Of a stretch of 64,000 bases of DNA, positions 62,222 to 64,000 are shown piece by piece (positions within the stretch are counted from its first letter, which is position 1; every line of letters begins with the position of its first letter). A program made the position numbers and the translations under genes. Below the pieces are notes generated by a model. It did no database searches and was not told the DNA's origin. It saw only the letters and a program-made list of their open reading frames with translations. Origin of the DNA: Candidatus Obscuribacteraceae bacterium (GTDB lineage Bacteria > Cyanobacteriota > Vampirovibrionia > Obscuribacterales > Obscuribacteraceae); NCBI GenBank assembly GCA_044226015.1, contig JBGAHS010000003.1:160001-224000 (forward strand), written 5' to 3'.

Positions 62222-62731
62222 ATGACCACAGTTTTCGTTGATCTCGATGCAACTCTTGTCTGCACGCGCCAATTGAAGCTATTCGAAGGTGCTCACGCGC
62301 CGGAGAAACATTTTTGGTATGGTTTTCACCGTTTCGGAACTTCTGCCAGACCCGGGGCACACGATTTCTTGAGTTCACTGCGCGAGCACTACGAAATTCA
62401 CATTTTGACCTACGGAAATTCGAAGTTTCAAAAACGTGTCTTGAAGGAGTTGAATTTGCTCAAGCACATTGGCGAAGTCTACGGAGTAGACAATTGGGAC
62501 ACTCTTGCAAAGCCAGAGCGCTTCGTTCTGATAGACGACATGCCACGTGATTCAATTTTGATCAGACACAAAATGGATTGGTTGGGCAAGAATAAGTTTC
62601 GCATGACCGAAAAGGAATTTGAATCCATTCTGGATAGACATCACATTCAATGCGCAGCATTTGAGGGAAACGACACAGCACCATCACTCTCTGACTTACT
62701 GCCAACTATTCACCGATACTTAAGTCCTTGA
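62222..62731 (+). CDS. HAD-superfamily (FCP1/NIF-like) phosphatase
   Basis: FVDLDATLV, RPGAHDFL, ILTYG, VLIDD. Confidence 0.8.
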   Translation: MTTVFVDLDATLVCTRQLKLFEGAHAPEKHFWYGFHRFGTSARPGAHDFLSSLREHYEIHILTYGNSKFQKRVLKELNLLKHIGEVYGVDNWDTLAKPERFVLIDDMPRDSILIRHKMDWLGKNKFRMTEKEFESILDRHHIQCAAFEGNDTAPSLSDLLPTIHRYLSP

Positions 62732-63078
62732 ATGCAAAAGCAGAGACGAATGTGTAAAACGGCATCTCCAACCAGAAAATTAGTGCGAAACCAAACCAGT
62801 CTAAGCGTCAATGAGCCCGGAACCCGCAAGGTTCAGCCATTCGATGCTCAACACCAGCTCGCTGAATACTCAGATGCCGCTCAAAACAGAGCGTTCGAAC
62901 CGGCGTCCGACCGTGTCTTTCCACTTAATGCTAAGACGGGTCGAAAAGCACAAGCAATCTTAATGGTGAGGACAAATTAGGGACAAACGGGAGACAAAGG
63001 TGAGACGATTGCGTTCTATTCTTGCCTCATTGACACATAGCATTCTGAAGTGAATCGCTGACCAACCGGAGAAGAAAA

Positions 63079-64000
63079 ATGAAAGCTCGTACGCAACTAC
63101 TTACTGCAGCCTTCTGTGCACTGTCAGCCCTGACAAGCAACGCAGCTTCGGTCAGCGCGATGGACCTCAAAATGCCCACGCAGAGACCAGTACAAAAGCG
63201 TACAGCACGAATCAATTACACGCCAGATGTACTCATCGTAGTACCAGGCGCAAAAATGGAAAGCAATGAATTGCAGGAGACCATGGAAGAGGCGCATGGC
63301 ACCATAGTTGGTTCACTTGGTGAAGGCGACCTCAAATGCTACGTCATTAAGACTGAAAAGGGTCACTTGGAAGAAACAGAAAAAATGTTCTCCAAAAAAG
63401 ACAAGACTCATTTCGCTTGTGTGAGCAGAAACTACAGTGTGCCCTGCACAATGGTTCCAGATGCGGCGAGCAACCCACAGTTTGCAGACCAATGGCACCT
63501 GCAAGCGATTCACTGCCCAGACGCCTGGAACACAGCCACTGGTAAAGGCGTGCGCATTGCAGTGTTCGACACAGGCTGTTCAGCAGCAAACCCTGACCTT
63601 TCTGGAAAAACAAACAAGGGATTTGATGCATACGGGGCAGTTGGAAAAATAATGGGAGCCCTCGGCCATTTGCCGGCAGTAATGCAACCCGGCGTCACCG
63701 AAGTAGCTGGATTGGCAGCAGGAATGCTTGCTGGTCGTGCGGACCGCGACACCGGAGCCGGCTCACATGGCACCGTAGTTGCCACCACTATCGCTGCGAC
63801 TATGAACAACAATTTCGCTGGCGTCGGAGTCGCACCAAATTGCGGCATCTACCCCGTCCGCATTGCAGAGAACAAGAGCCCGCTAGATAAAGACCATCAA
63901 TACACCACAGACCTCGAGATGATTGCGGGCATGATTCACATACTTTCAAAACCTGACATTCGCATTGTCAACATCAGTTACAACTTCCCAGTGGGCGGTT
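63079..64000 (+). CDS. exported subtilisin-like S8 serine peptidase (runs off window end)
   Basis: translated by hand from ATG 63079: signal peptide, QWHL, GKGVRIAVFDTG (Asp), SHGTVVA (His), GVGVAP; absent from the ORF track because no stop is reached. Confidence 0.88.
   Translation, partial: MKARTQLLTAAFCALSALTSNAASVSAMDLKMPTQRPVQKRTARINYTPDVLIVVPGAKMESNELQETMEEAHGTIVGSLGEGDLKCYVIKTEKGHLEETEKMFSKKDKTHFACVSRNYSVPCTMVPDAASNPQFADQWHLQAIHCPDAWNTATGKGVRIAVFDTGCSAANPDLSGKTNKGFDAYGAVGKIMGALGHLPAVMQPGVTEVAGLAAGMLAGRADRDTGAGSHGTVVATTIAATMNNNFAGVGVAPNCGIYPVRIAENKSPLDKDHQYTTDLEMIAGMIHILSKPDIRIVNISYNFPVGG

Noticed and set aside
62732..63078. Riboswitch upstream of the S8 peptidase (hairpins, GCTGAAT and GAACCCG fragments, GACAAA repeats)
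   Set aside because: The c-di-AMP-like fragments are in the wrong order and no full consensus is present

Overview
A gene-dense bacterial chromosomal window. A non-photosynthetic cyanobacterial relative (Vampirovibrionia/Melainabacteria, possibly Obscuribacterales-like) is my inference from the stand-alone atpD/atpC operon and the many TPR, signal-peptide and lineage-style hypothetical proteins; no marker gene was tested. Housekeeping content: hom-thrC-thrB-lysC, tilS-ftsH, atpD/atpC, pyrE, mqo, an aldehyde dehydrogenase, a ROK kinase, a K+ channel, tRNA-Glu(UUC) and a tRNA(CAU). Accessory content: a GNAT/DUF1778 toxin-antitoxin pair, a RedB-like/hybrid kinase pair, a DUF3142-like gene pair, tandem membrane protein kinases and a double histidine kinase. 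The strongest finding is that two ORFs listed separately (37879-38160 and 37099-37854) form one reading frame joined by an in-frame UGA. The UGA falls at the redox position of a thioredoxin-like, selenoprotein-N-like motif and is followed by a bacterial SECIS-like hairpin, making this a candidate exported selenoprotein. Other highlights are a catalytically intact clpP inside the atpD-atpC operon, gene-conversion-like tracts and a third-copy remnant in the kinase array, and internal translation starts in lysC and the K+ channel. No CRISPR array, rRNA, integrase or transposase was recognised.
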